Below, in pieces: positions 49,124 through 58,399 of a DNA stretch of 64,000 nt (its first letter is position 1; each line of letters opens with the position of its first letter). Location: NCBI GenBank assembly GCA_902550615.1, contig CACDAB010000005.1:1560-65559 (forward strand), given 5' to 3'. The DNA comes from an uncultured Pelagibacteraceae bacterium (GTDB taxonomy: Bacteria; Pseudomonadota; Alphaproteobacteria; Pelagibacterales; Pelagibacteraceae). Position numbers and translations under genes: made by a program. The notes below the pieces were generated by a model, which saw only the letters and a program-made list of their open reading frames with translations, was not told the DNA's origin and searched no databases.

Positions 49124-50290
49124 TTATTTAGTAAGCATTTTCTTTATGTTTTCTAAGGCCTGTAAAATGTTATCTCTTGATGCTGCAAAACTAAATCTTA
49201 CGTAATCATTGCAAGTTTTACCAAAAGCAGTTCCTGGCACTATTGCTACTCCAGCCTCATGCATTGCTTTTTTACAGAATTCAGATCCATTCATTCCTGT
49301 ACCAATTACTTTTGGGAATGCATAAAAGGCTCCTCCAGGTAAACTACACTCCACTCCTGGAAGATCATTTAACCCCTGATGAATTAAATTTCTTCTTAAA
49401 GTAAACTTGTCTAACATATCTTTGATGGAGTCATCGGGGCCATCTAGTGCAGCAATACCAGCATATTGTGCAGCAGCATTTACACATGACACGCTATTAA
49501 TTAATAATTTGTTTACGTGCTCAATAAGTTCTTTAGGCCAATAACTCCAACCTAATCTCCATCCTGTCATCGAGTAAGCTTTGCTCCAACCCTCTAATAC
49601 AATTAACCTATCTTTTAAATTTGGATAATGGAAAAAAGAAGGCATTTCTTTGTAGTCAAAAATTTGTCTACTATAAATTTCATCACTTAAAATAGTAACA
49701 TGAGGATGTTTTTCTAATTCCTTTGCAAAATAGTCAATTACAGGTTTCTCGACAAAACTTCCTGTTGGATTATTTGGATTAATTAAAATCAGTAATCTTG
49801 TTTTTTTAGTTATAAGAGATAAAATTTTATCCGGATCAAATTTAAGATCTTTATCTTCAGTTAAATCATAAGGGACAGGTGTTGAACCTGTGTAATTAAT
49901 CATAGACTCATATATTGGAAATGCAGGTGTAGGATGAATTATTTCTACTCCCGGTTCTCCGTAACATTGTATGGCGTAACTCATTGTAGGTTTACCGCCT
50001 GGCATGATTAAAATTCTTTCAGGATCTATCTGAGCTTTGTAACGTTTCTTAATCCATCTTGTTACAGCTTGTCGACACTCAGGTATTCCATTTGACATCA
50101 CATATCCATGATGACCATCATCCAAAGCTTTTTTTGCCGCTTCAACAACATGTTTAGGTGTTTTAAAATCTGGTTGTCCTAGACCTAAATGGATCATCGG
50201 CTTACCTTGGGCCTCTAATTTCTTTGCCTCTGCCAATACCGAAAAAGCAGACTCTGTTCCTAATCTATCTAAACTCTTTGCTAGTTCCAT
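49124..50290 (-). CDS. class I/II PLP-dependent aminotransferase
   Basis: LINPNNPTG and the PLP-Lys region WSKAYSMTGWRLGW. Confidence 0.88.
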   Translation of the reverse strand: MELAKSLDRLGTESAFSVLAEAKKLEAQGKPMIHLGLGQPDFKTPKHVVEAAKKALDDGHHGYVMSNGIPECRQAVTRWIKKRYKAQIDPERILIMPGGKPTMSYAIQCYGEPGVEIIHPTPAFPIYESMINYTGSTPVPYDLTEDKDLKFDPDKILSLITKKTRLLILINPNNPTGSFVEKPVIDYFAKELEKHPHVTILSDEIYSRQIFDYKEMPSFFHYPNLKDRLIVLEGWSKAYSMTGWRLGWSYWPKELIEHVNKLLINSVSCVNAAAQYAGIAALDGPDDSIKDMLDKFTLRRNLIHQGLNDLPGVECSLPGGAFYAFPKVIGTGMNGSEFCKKAMHEAGVAIVPGTAFGKTCNDYVRFSFAASRDNILQALENIKKMLTK

Positions 50291-50295
50291 AACTT

Positions 50296-51459
50296 TTATA
50301 TTTTACTAGAAGTTCTATAAATTAATTTTGAACTATTCAACTCTTTTAGGTTCTTACATCCCATTAAAACCATATTTCTATTGATTTCCTCGTGCATATT
50401 TTTAAGTAAATGCTCAACACCTTGTTGTCCCCCTGCGGCTAAAGAGAACAAAAACATTTTACCAAAACTACAGGCTTTTGCACCTGCAGCGATTGCTTTT
50501 AATACATGAGTTCCTCTTCTAACTCCCCCGTCTAATATGATTTCCAATTTATCTCCAACTGCATCTGAGATTGCTTTGACTTGATCGAATGGCGATCTTG
50601 ATCCATCAAGTTGTCTTCCACCATGATTTGAAATCATGATTGCTGTACAACCAATATCTATTGCTCTTTTCGCATCTTCAACGGACATAACACCTTTAAG
50701 TGCAAAGGGTCCATTCCATTTCTTCACACAATATTCTGCGTCCTTCCAGTTCATTGCTGGATCGTATTGTTCATTAATGTACTCTATAACTGATTTTGCA
50801 ATGTTGGTGCCCTTATCTGTTTTTGTAGCCACATTTGCTAATTTAAATTTCCCATGTGTAAGATAATTAAATACCCAACTAGGATGAAGAGCAAAACTCA
50901 TTAAACTTTGTAAAGTTAACTTTGGCGGGGTTGTAAAACCTGTTCTATGATCTCTTTCTCTGTTACCTGCTACTAAAGTATCTACAGTTAAACACATTCC
51001 ATCAAATCCTGATCTTCTACAACGATCAATTAAATCATCAGTGATTGATTGATCTTTGTGAACATAAAGTTGAAATAACTTTGGTCCACCTGAAATATTT
51101 GAAATTTCCTCTATAGTGTTATTTGCCATCGTAGACATACTATAAAATGTTCCAAACTTATCGGCTGCTCTAGCAGATGCTTTGTCACCATCATGATGAT
51201 AAAGTCTTTGCATGGCACATGGTGATAAAAAGAGTGGCATATCAATTTTTTTTCCGAAAATAGTTGTTGAGAGATCTGGTTTTCCGACACTTGCTAAAAT
51301 ATTAGGAACTAAATCGCATTCGTCAAAAGATTTTGTATTTCTTTTGAGTGTTATTTCATCATCTGCACCACCATCAATATAGTGAAATATTGGTGAAGGT
51401 AATTTTTTTTTTGCAAGTTTTCTAAAATCGTCAAAATTATAACAATTTTGTAAACTCAC
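50296..51459 (-). CDS. FMN-dependent (S)-2-hydroxyacid dehydrogenase/oxidase (LldD / glycolate oxidase family), copy 2
   Basis: SNHGGRQLD and a TIM-barrel FMN family sequence. Its GTG start shares 1 nt with the TAG stop of copy 1. Confidence 0.88.
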   Translation of the reverse strand: MSLQNCYNFDDFRKLAKKKLPSPIFHYIDGGADDEITLKRNTKSFDECDLVPNILASVGKPDLSTTIFGKKIDMPLFLSPCAMQRLYHHDGDKASARAADKFGTFYSMSTMANNTIEEISNISGGPKLFQLYVHKDQSITDDLIDRCRRSGFDGMCLTVDTLVAGNRERDHRTGFTTPPKLTLQSLMSFALHPSWVFNYLTHGKFKLANVATKTDKGTNIAKSVIEYINEQYDPAMNWKDAEYCVKKWNGPFALKGVMSVEDAKRAIDIGCTAIMISNHGGRQLDGSRSPFDQVKAISDAVGDKLEIILDGGVRRGTHVLKAIAAGAKACSFGKMFLFSLAAGGQQGVEHLLKNMHEEINRNMVLMGCKNLKELNSSKLIYRTSSKI

Positions 51460-52616
51460 TATTTTCTAAATCTAAGATTATTTCTATTAAGATCTGAAAT
51501 TTTTGTACATCCCATGAGCTTCATATCTCTAACTAACTCAGATTTATACAACTCAAGAGCTCTTTCGACGCCTGGTTGGCCTGCTGCTGCAAGCGCATAA
51601 AGATAAAGTCTTCCACCAGAACATGCTTTTGCACCAAGAGATAATGCTTTAAGCATATGTGTTCCTCTATGAATTCCTCCTTCACATATAACATCAAGTT
51701 TATCTCCAACTGCATCAACAATTTCTGCGAGCTGATCAAATGGTGATCTCGATCCATCAAGTTGTCTGCCACCATGATTTGAAACCATTATACCAGTACA
51801 TCCAATATCAACTGCTTTTTTAGCATCTTCTACACTCATTATTCCTTTAAGTGCAAAATGACCTCCCCATTGAGAACAAAGTTTTTCAGCATCTTTCCAA
51901 TTCATAGATTGATCTAACATTGTTGAAAAATAATTTCCTATGGAAGAGTTTGTGCTTGTACCCTCTTTTACAAAATCTTGGAGATGAGGTAATTCAAATT
52001 TTCCTTTTGTTAAATAATTTATTCCCCACATAGGTTTAGTCGCAAAACTAAATAAGCTTGATAGAGTCAATTTCGGCGGAGAGGTAAAACCAGTTCTTAA
52101 ATCTCTTTCACGATTTCCTCCTGTAATGGTATCGACTGTTAGAGCCATTACATCAAATTTAGCAGCCTTAGCTCGCTCTAAACAAGAATCATTTAAACCT
52201 CTGTCTTTGTGAAAATAAAACTGAAACATTTTGGGTGTATCAATCAAAGAGGATATTTCCTCTACGCTAACAGTTGCTAATGCAGAAACACCAAACATTG
52301 TGTTAAATTTTTTAGCTGCTTTTCCAACTGCTCTTTCACCATCATAATGAAAAAGTCTTTGTAATGCTGTTGGTGAAAGATAAAATGGTAAATCCAATTT
52401 TTTACCAAAAATTGTTGTGGACAAGTCTACATTCTCAACACCTCTTAAAACATTTGGAACTAAATCTACATCATCAAAGGCACTTGTATTTCTAGCATAT
52501 GTAATTTCATCGTCAGCTGCACCATCAATATAATGAAAAATAGGCGATGGAAGCTTTAGCTTAGCAAGTTTTCTAAAATCACCAAAATTGTGACAATCTC
52601 TCAATCTCATTATCAT
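51459..52616 (-). CDS. FMN-dependent (S)-2-hydroxyacid dehydrogenase/oxidase (LldD / glycolate oxidase family), copy 1
   Basis: SNHGGRQLD; colinear with copy 2 at roughly 55-60% identity by eye. The start is possibly 6 nt downstream. Confidence 0.88.
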   Translation of the reverse strand: MIMRLRDCHNFGDFRKLAKLKLPSPIFHYIDGAADDEITYARNTSAFDDVDLVPNVLRGVENVDLSTTIFGKKLDLPFYLSPTALQRLFHYDGERAVGKAAKKFNTMFGVSALATVSVEEISSLIDTPKMFQFYFHKDRGLNDSCLERAKAAKFDVMALTVDTITGGNRERDLRTGFTSPPKLTLSSLFSFATKPMWGINYLTKGKFELPHLQDFVKEGTSTNSSIGNYFSTMLDQSMNWKDAEKLCSQWGGHFALKGIMSVEDAKKAVDIGCTGIMVSNHGGRQLDGSRSPFDQLAEIVDAVGDKLDVICEGGIHRGTHMLKALSLGAKACSGGRLYLYALAAAGQPGVERALELYKSELVRDMKLMGCTKISDLNRNNLRFRK

Positions 52617-52627
52617 AGAATGTTTGT

Positions 52628-53143
52628 TTAAAAGGTTTTAAGAAAATTAAACATATAACTATTTGCCCCAGGATTTTTATCTCCCAAACTTGCATTGGAT
52701 AAATGATTATATGATAAGCCTAATTGGCTATTTTGGAATAAATCTAAAGAAATCTGAACTTCGCTTTTAAATTCTAATAAATGTCCAAGATCTTTGCCAT
52801 CTCCCTGACTATAAAGTCCTGGAGCAAAACTTGGTATAATATTTAAGGCTCCCAAGGAATATTGTGCTTGCACACCAGTATAAAGGTAAGCTGCACTATC
52901 AGCAGTAAACATAAATCCTGTTATTGGAGAAAGATTACCAAGAAAAGTATCTCTGTTTAAATCAGTATTCTGATGTTGAAACCCAATTAAAGCAGATCTC
53001 TTTCCATTATCACTAAAGTCAAACATTCCTGAATAAATATTAAACTTTGTATTATCATTACTTACTTTAGTATCTTCTGCAATAATTGAAGAAGAAATTA
53101 AAAAAGACAATATTACCAAGTAACAAATTCTTAGATAATTCAT
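52628..53143 (-). CDS. PagL-like lipid A deacylase / small beta-barrel outer-membrane protein
   Basis: Signal peptide, alternating beta-strand pattern, HLSNASLG (His-x-Ser as in the PagL family), terminal Phe. Confidence 0.5.
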   Translation of the reverse strand: MNYLRICYLVILSFLISSSIIAEDTKVSNDNTKFNIYSGMFDFSDNGKRSALIGFQHQNTDLNRDTFLGNLSPITGFMFTADSAAYLYTGVQAQYSLGALNIIPSFAPGLYSQGDGKDLGHLLEFKSEVQISLDLFQNSQLGLSYNHLSNASLGDKNPGANSYMFNFLKTF

Positions 53144-53511
53144 AATTTTTTTTTATTTAATATAACTTTCTTGAGTATTATTGCACCACCAAATACAAAC
53201 ATCAATATAGGTAATAACCAAAGAAAATAGGTATTTTTACTGAATCCTGGATCATAAAGAATCCAATCTCCATATTTATTTTTAAGATAAGCATATATTT
53301 GTTTTTCATCTAAGCCTTCATTTAATTTTTTTTCTACTAAAATTTTTAAACTATTAGCAAATTCAGAATCTGAATCATACACTGATTGTCCTTGACAAAT
53401 TAAACATCTTAAATTTTTTGTTATTTCAATTTCTAAGTTTTTAGCTTTTAAATCAGAAGAAAAACAATAAATCAAAAAAATCACAGAAACTAAAAATTTT
53501 AAAATATTCAT
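53140..53511 (-). CDS. ccmH: cytochrome c maturation protein CcmH
   Basis: LRCLICQGQS CXXC motif plus a C-terminal TM helix. Confidence 0.8.
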   Translation of the reverse strand: MNILKFLVSVIFLIYCFSSDLKAKNLEIEITKNLRCLICQGQSVYDSDSEFANSLKILVEKKLNEGLDEKQIYAYLKNKYGDWILYDPGFSKNTYFLWLLPILMFVFGGAIILKKVILNKKKL

Positions 53512-54026
53512 TGTGTCAATTCTTTTATCTCAAAAAGTAATTTTTCATTCAATGGACCAATTATTTTTTTTATTATTTTATTATTTTGAATTAAAAAGGT
53601 TTCAGGTACCCCATATGCACCCCATTCAATTGCTATTGTACCATCATTATCTAAAAAAATTAAGTCGTATGGATTATCTAAATTTATCAAAAAATTTTTT
53701 GCATTCTCAAAATTATCTTTATAGTTTTGACCAATAATTTTGATATTCTCTTTTTTACTTAAATTCATTAAATACTTATGTTCCTCTTTGCAAGGAACAC
53801 ACCACGAAGCCCAAATGTTTAATAAATAATAATTACTTCCTATAAAAATCTGATCTGAATTTATTTTGTCTTTTGAAAAAAACTCTTTTGTTTCAAATTT
53901 TGGAATTTTAATTTCTGATTTTATTTCAGGTGTATAAATATTTGTATTTTGTAAACCTTTGTAAAAAACAAAGAAAATTATCGAGAATGTAAAAATTAAA
54001 AATAAAGGAAAAATTTTATTTTTCAT
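53508..54026 (-). CDS. ccmG: thiol:disulfide oxidoreductase CcmG/DsbE
   Basis: Thioredoxin motif WASWCVPCKEE, GVPETF, N-terminal anchor. Confidence 0.85.
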   Translation of the reverse strand: MKNKIFPLFLIFTFSIIFFVFYKGLQNTNIYTPEIKSEIKIPKFETKEFFSKDKINSDQIFIGSNYYLLNIWASWCVPCKEEHKYLMNLSKKENIKIIGQNYKDNFENAKNFLINLDNPYDLIFLDNDGTIAIEWGAYGVPETFLIQNNKIIKKIIGPLNEKLLFEIKELTQ

Positions 54027-55893
54027 ATTTTTTTCTAATTAAAGATAAACATCCACTAAAGCACAATAGAATTGTAGAAATCCAAATCCAAATCATGAAT
54101 GGCTTTACTTGATAACGAATATTAAAATAATCTTGATTTTGGACGTAATTCATTGTCATAAATTTATCAGTGAATATATTAGTTTTGATGTCTGCTTCAC
54201 TTGTAACAATATTTGGTTGATTATATATTCTTAGTTCAGGTTGCATAACCTCAATTAATCCACTTTGATCCTCTACAATAAACTTACCTTTAATTGCTTT
54301 AAAATTTTGTTTATTTTCTTGCTCAATGCTCTCAAAATTAATCTTCAAATTTTGAGCTTGGTAAGTTTCATTAATTTTTAAATTTGTAATAACTTCAGAT
54401 GAAAAAATATTGTTAAATAAAATACTAAGTATCAAAATGCTAAAACTAAAATGAGCAGTAATTTGCGACAAGTTTCTATATTTTCTGTGAAAAAAATCTC
54501 TAAGAGTTATAAAGAATAAATAAAAAGCTGCTGTAATTAGAATAGTATTATAAAGAAAATTAATATCTAAATTTCTAATTATCAATACTGATAAAATTAA
54601 AGAAATTACAAAAAATGAAATTAAATAAATTTTGTCTTCAATATCTGATTTAATCCACTTTAATTTAGGTCCTATTGCCATCGCTAACATAAATGGGATT
54701 AAAAATGGTAGGATCAATTTGTTAAAAAATGGTGGACCTACAGATATTTTTTGAGATGAAATAACCTCTAAAAATATTGGATAAATTGTTCCAATTAAAA
54801 CAACAGATAAAAAATACATCATAAACCAATTATTAACTAGAATTGATGTTTCCTTACTTAATAAGTAGAAAGTTTTGGAGTTGTTGTTTTCACTTTTATG
54901 AAAAATTAAAAATATAAAAAAAGATAAGAATATCAAAATAAATAAAAATATTAGAATATACAAACCTCTCTCTGGATCATTAGCAAATGTATGGACAGAA
55001 TTTAAAATACCTGATCGAACCAAAAAAGTACCACACATACTTAGGGTAAAAGTTGCAATTGATAACAAAACAACCCACGAGGTAAGAATTAGCTTTTTTT
55101 CTAAAACTAATACACAATGTAATAATGTTGTTAATGCAAACCATGGCATTAAAGATACATTTTCAACTGGATCCCAAAACCAAAAACCTCCCCATCCTAA
55201 CTCGTAGTAAGCCCAAATGGATCCAAGTAAAATTCCTAAAGTTAAAAAAATCCAAGAAACTAAAACCCATTTTTTGATATGTGATGCCCATATTTTTGTA
55301 ACATTATTGGAGCAAACTGCTGCTAGTGCTGAGGAAAAAATTATGGAAGTTCCAACATAGCCTAAATATAAAATCGGTGGGTGAATTGCTAATGCAGGAT
55401 CTTGCAATATAGGATTTAAACCTAATCCCTCTTTTGGAACTGGAAAAACATGATTAAAAGGATTGGAGGTTTGTATTAGAAAAATAAAAAAACCAACTAT
55501 TATTATCTGCTGGAATAATAAAGTTAAAATTTTATATTGTTTTGGTTGATTTTTTGACCTCAGTAAAAAGACAAATATAAATAATGTTAAAACTAACAAC
55601 CATAATAATAGACTACCCTCATGATTACCCCAGGTCCCAGAGATTTTATAAAACAGCGGCTTAGTTGTGTGGGAATGATTAAAAACTGTCTCATTACTAA
55701 AATCTGAGTTAACAAAAGATAAAATTAAGCCTGAGAAGCTTATTATTACAAATAAAAGTTGTAAGAATACTAAGGATATTACTTTAGTATCTAACTTCTG
55801 AGTATCATTAAAATTTTTAATAGAAAAAAATATAACTAAAATTGAAACACCGACACCAAAGATTAAAGAATAATATCCAATTAAACTCGACAA
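54016..55893 (-). CDS. ccmF: cytochrome c heme lyase subunit CcmF
   Basis: 625 aa, polytopic, with the Trp-rich motif WGGFWFWDPVEN. Confidence 0.9.
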   Translation of the reverse strand: MSSLIGYYSLIFGVGVSILVIFFSIKNFNDTQKLDTKVISLVFLQLLFVIISFSGLILSFVNSDFSNETVFNHSHTTKPLFYKISGTWGNHEGSLLLWLLVLTLFIFVFLLRSKNQPKQYKILTLLFQQIIIVGFFIFLIQTSNPFNHVFPVPKEGLGLNPILQDPALAIHPPILYLGYVGTSIIFSSALAAVCSNNVTKIWASHIKKWVLVSWIFLTLGILLGSIWAYYELGWGGFWFWDPVENVSLMPWFALTTLLHCVLVLEKKLILTSWVVLLSIATFTLSMCGTFLVRSGILNSVHTFANDPERGLYILIFLFILIFLSFFIFLIFHKSENNNSKTFYLLSKETSILVNNWFMMYFLSVVLIGTIYPIFLEVISSQKISVGPPFFNKLILPFLIPFMLAMAIGPKLKWIKSDIEDKIYLISFFVISLILSVLIIRNLDINFLYNTILITAAFYLFFITLRDFFHRKYRNLSQITAHFSFSILILSILFNNIFSSEVITNLKINETYQAQNLKINFESIEQENKQNFKAIKGKFIVEDQSGLIEVMQPELRIYNQPNIVTSEADIKTNIFTDKFMTMNYVQNQDYFNIRYQVKPFMIWIWISTILLCFSGCLSLIRKKYEK

Positions 55894-55894
55894 T

Positions 55895-56314
55895 TTATTT
55901 CTCCTCTAAAGCAGCCTTTACTTCAGGTGGCATATAATTTTCATCATGTTTAGCTAAGATTTTCGTTGCTGAAAAAAAATTCTCATCTTTTAAAAATCCC
56001 TCTGCAACAACACCTTTACCTTCTTCAAAAAGATTGGGTATTAATCCTGAGTAAACAACATTAATTTCACTTTTAAAGTCTGTAATAACAAAACTTAATT
56101 CTTTATTTACAATAGAAATTGAGTCAGTTTTTACCATTCCCCCAATTCTAATCTTTTTCTGCTGCATTTCAGATAAAGTTTTTATTTCAGACGGAGATTT
56201 AAAATATACAACATTTTCCTCTAATGATTTTAGAATAAGGAATATCGTTAAACTTAATGTAACAGCGATTAAGAATATAAAAAAAAATCTTAGTTTAACT
56301 TTACGACCATACAT
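55895..56314 (-). CDS. ccmE: heme chaperone CcmE
   Basis: N-terminal anchor and the heme-binding His motif [13 protein letters not shown]. Confidence 0.88.
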   Translation of the reverse strand: MYGRKVKLRFFFIFLIAVTLSLTIFLILKSLEENVVYFKSPSEIKTLSEMQQKKIRIGGMVKTDSISIVNKELSFVITDFKSEINVVYSGLIPNLFEEGKGVVAEGFLKDENFFSATKILAKHDENYMPPEVKAALEEK

Positions 56315-56324
56315 GGTTTAAAAG

Positions 56325-56552
56325 TTAAATAGTTGAAGTGTTGGATAGAATCTCTCTATTAATTCTTTGTAGTCTAGCAGAGGCAGCTCTTTCAGAGTTT
56401 AGGTTTCCAAATTTAACAATAAACTTATTTTTTTCTCTTTCATATTGATTTTTAATTACCAGATACAATGACATAAAACTTAAAAAAGTAAAAGCAAATG
56501 AACCCCAAACATAAATTCCGTATCCGTCCATGTTAAAAATTTCACTTATCAT
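56325..56552 (-). CDS. ccmD: heme exporter protein CcmD
   Basis: Small single-TM protein with the GYGIYVWGSF motif, positioned between ccmC and ccmE. Confidence 0.65.
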   Translation of the reverse strand: MISEIFNMDGYGIYVWGSFAFTFLSFMSLYLVIKNQYEREKNKFIVKFGNLNSERAASARLQRINREILSNTSTI

Positions 56553-57256
56553 AATCTGTCTAAACCCTTATTTTTAATTTTTATCAGTTCTGTATTATAT
56601 TTCATTAAAAAAATTAGCAATGAGAATAGGGCAAATGCCGCAGTCATAATTAGTAAAGGAACGAGCATCGAAGAATGAATAGTAGATTTTGATAATATAT
56701 TAATTGATGCTGGCTGATGAAGTGTGTTCCACCAGTCTACAGAATATTTAATTATAGGAACATTTATTATTCCTAAAATTGTAATAATTGAGGTTACCTT
56801 AAAAACTTGTTCTTTATCTTCATAAATTCTCCAAGCAATTAAATACATCAAATAAAATAATGCCAATATTAACATAGATGTAATCCTGGCATCCCACGCC
56901 CACCATGTTCCCCACGTGGGCTTTCCCCAAATAGAACCTGTTACAAGAGCAATTACATTAAAAACAAATCCTGACGGAGCCAAACTCTTTGAAATTAAAA
57001 AGAAATTTTTAATTTTAAATATATAGCCAACGATAGAAAGAATAGTAATAGTAGAAAAGATACCTAGTGAGATCCATGCCGCGGGAACATGAACATACAT
57101 TATTCTTACAGAGTGACTTTGTTTGTAATCTTCTGGTGAGAGAATTAGAGCCTCAGTTAAACCTATAGAGACTACCAAAATAAATAATAATAAAACGTAT
57201 TTTGGTGCTTTAGAAGTTATAGAAAAAATTCTATTAGGTTCTAGTAATTGAAACAT
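56549..57256 (-). CDS. ccmC: heme exporter protein CcmC
   Basis: Trp-rich motif WGKPTWGTWWAWDARITS; 6 TM. Confidence 0.88.
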   Translation of the reverse strand: MFQLLEPNRIFSITSKAPKYVLLLFILVVSIGLTEALILSPEDYKQSHSVRIMYVHVPAAWISLGIFSTITILSIVGYIFKIKNFFLISKSLAPSGFVFNVIALVTGSIWGKPTWGTWWAWDARITSMLILALFYLMYLIAWRIYEDKEQVFKVTSIITILGIINVPIIKYSVDWWNTLHQPASINILSKSTIHSSMLVPLLIMTAAFALFSLLIFLMKYNTELIKIKNKGLDRL

Positions 57257-57307
57257 AAAATTTTATTTTTAAAATAAATATTAGGGTTATTTAGTACGAA
57301 ATAATTA

Positions 57308-57368
57308 TCTGATCAAGAATGTAGAGGGAGATAATAACGAAGGGTAAAATTTAACACTCTTGATCAGA
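57308..57368. repeat. inverted repeat with an 11-bp perfect stem and 39-nt loop, between hspQ and ccmC
   Basis: tCTGATCAAGA (57308-57318) is the reverse complement of TCTTGATCAGa (57358-57368). Each arm contains the palindrome TGATCA. Confidence 0.6.
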
Positions 57369-57435
57369 ATTAATTAGACTTAACAATGCCCTGTGACAAA
57401 GATTTGAGCTAAATGTGTTTAAAAAGTGAATTTAC

Positions 57436-57756
57436 TTAATTTGACGGCTTAAAATAGCTTGAACCTTTTTTACCAGAGAAAATTTCCTCAATTAATGGAT
57501 GTTTGATTGGCTCATCAGATTCATCGGTCAATAAATTTTGCTCTGACACGTAGGCTTCATAAGTTATTTCATCATTTTCAGCTAACAGATGATAAAATGG
57601 TTGATCTTTTCTTGGTCTAACATTCTTAGGTATAGATTGATACCATTCCTCAGAATTATTAAACTCAAAATCTACATCATAAATCACACCTCTAAACTCA
57701 AAGTGTTTGTGTTTTACAATATCGCCTATTGAAAATTTAGCTTTTTGAATTGCCAT
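57436..57756 (-). CDS. hspQ: HspQ/YccV-type hemimethylated-DNA-binding domain protein
   Basis: 106 aa with the N-terminal FSIGDIVKHKHFEFRGVIYDVD, characteristic of the YccV family. Confidence 0.75.
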   Translation of the reverse strand: MAIQKAKFSIGDIVKHKHFEFRGVIYDVDFEFNNSEEWYQSIPKNVRPRKDQPFYHLLAENDEITYEAYVSEQNLLTDESDEPIKHPLIEEIFSGKKGSSYFKPSN

Positions 57757-57844
57757 TAAGATTAGTATGGGTATTTAAAAATAAAAATCAATAAGAAAAA
57801 TTTATAGTTTTTGTGAAAATATTATTTATGTTAATATTCTTCCA

Positions 57845-58399
57845 GTGAATAAATCATTTTTAAAGTTTCTTACTGATTTTGGACCTTTAGTAATTTTTTT
57901 TTACTACTATTACGATAGTGGAAAAGATTTAAGAGTAGCCATTCCACCATTTATAATTGCGACAATTATAGCATTAGCGATTGTTTGGTTTTTAGAAAAA
58001 AAAATACCCAAAGTTCCTTTGTTGAGTGGAATATTAATTACTTTTTTTGGTGGCCTTACAATTTATTTTGATAACCCAGTTTTTATTTACATCAAACCAA
58101 CAATCATTAATATTTTATTTGGTCTGGCTTTAATATTTGGAAGGTATTTTACAAATGAACCTGTGTTAAAAAAATTAATGGGAAAATCAATACCACTTAC
58201 AAACGAAGGTTGGGAATTGTTAAGTAAAAGATGGATATACTTTTTCTTTGGACTTGCTATTTTAAATGAATTAGTTTGGAGAACACAATCTGAGGAATTT
58301 TGGGTCAACTTTAAAGTTTGGGGTTTACTTCCAATAACTTTCATTTTTACAGCCTTTCAAATCGGTTTAATAAATAAATATAAAACTCATGAAGAATAA
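57845..58399 (+). CDS. yciB: intracellular septation protein A (YciB/IspZ)
   Basis: 184 aa, 5 TM, N-terminal FLTDFGPLVIFF; GTG start. Confidence 0.8.
   Translation: MNKSFLKFLTDFGPLVIFFYYYYDSGKDLRVAIPPFIIATIIALAIVWFLEKKIPKVPLLSGILITFFGGLTIYFDNPVFIYIKPTIINILFGLALIFGRYFTNEPVLKKLMGKSIPLTNEGWELLSKRWIYFFFGLAILNELVWRTQSEEFWVNFKVWGLLPITFIFTAFQIGLINKYKTHEE

Noticed and set aside
51533-51775. 80-aa same-strand ORF inside the first FMN oxidase gene
   Set aside because: It is an alternative frame of a strongly conserved CDS with no independent support.
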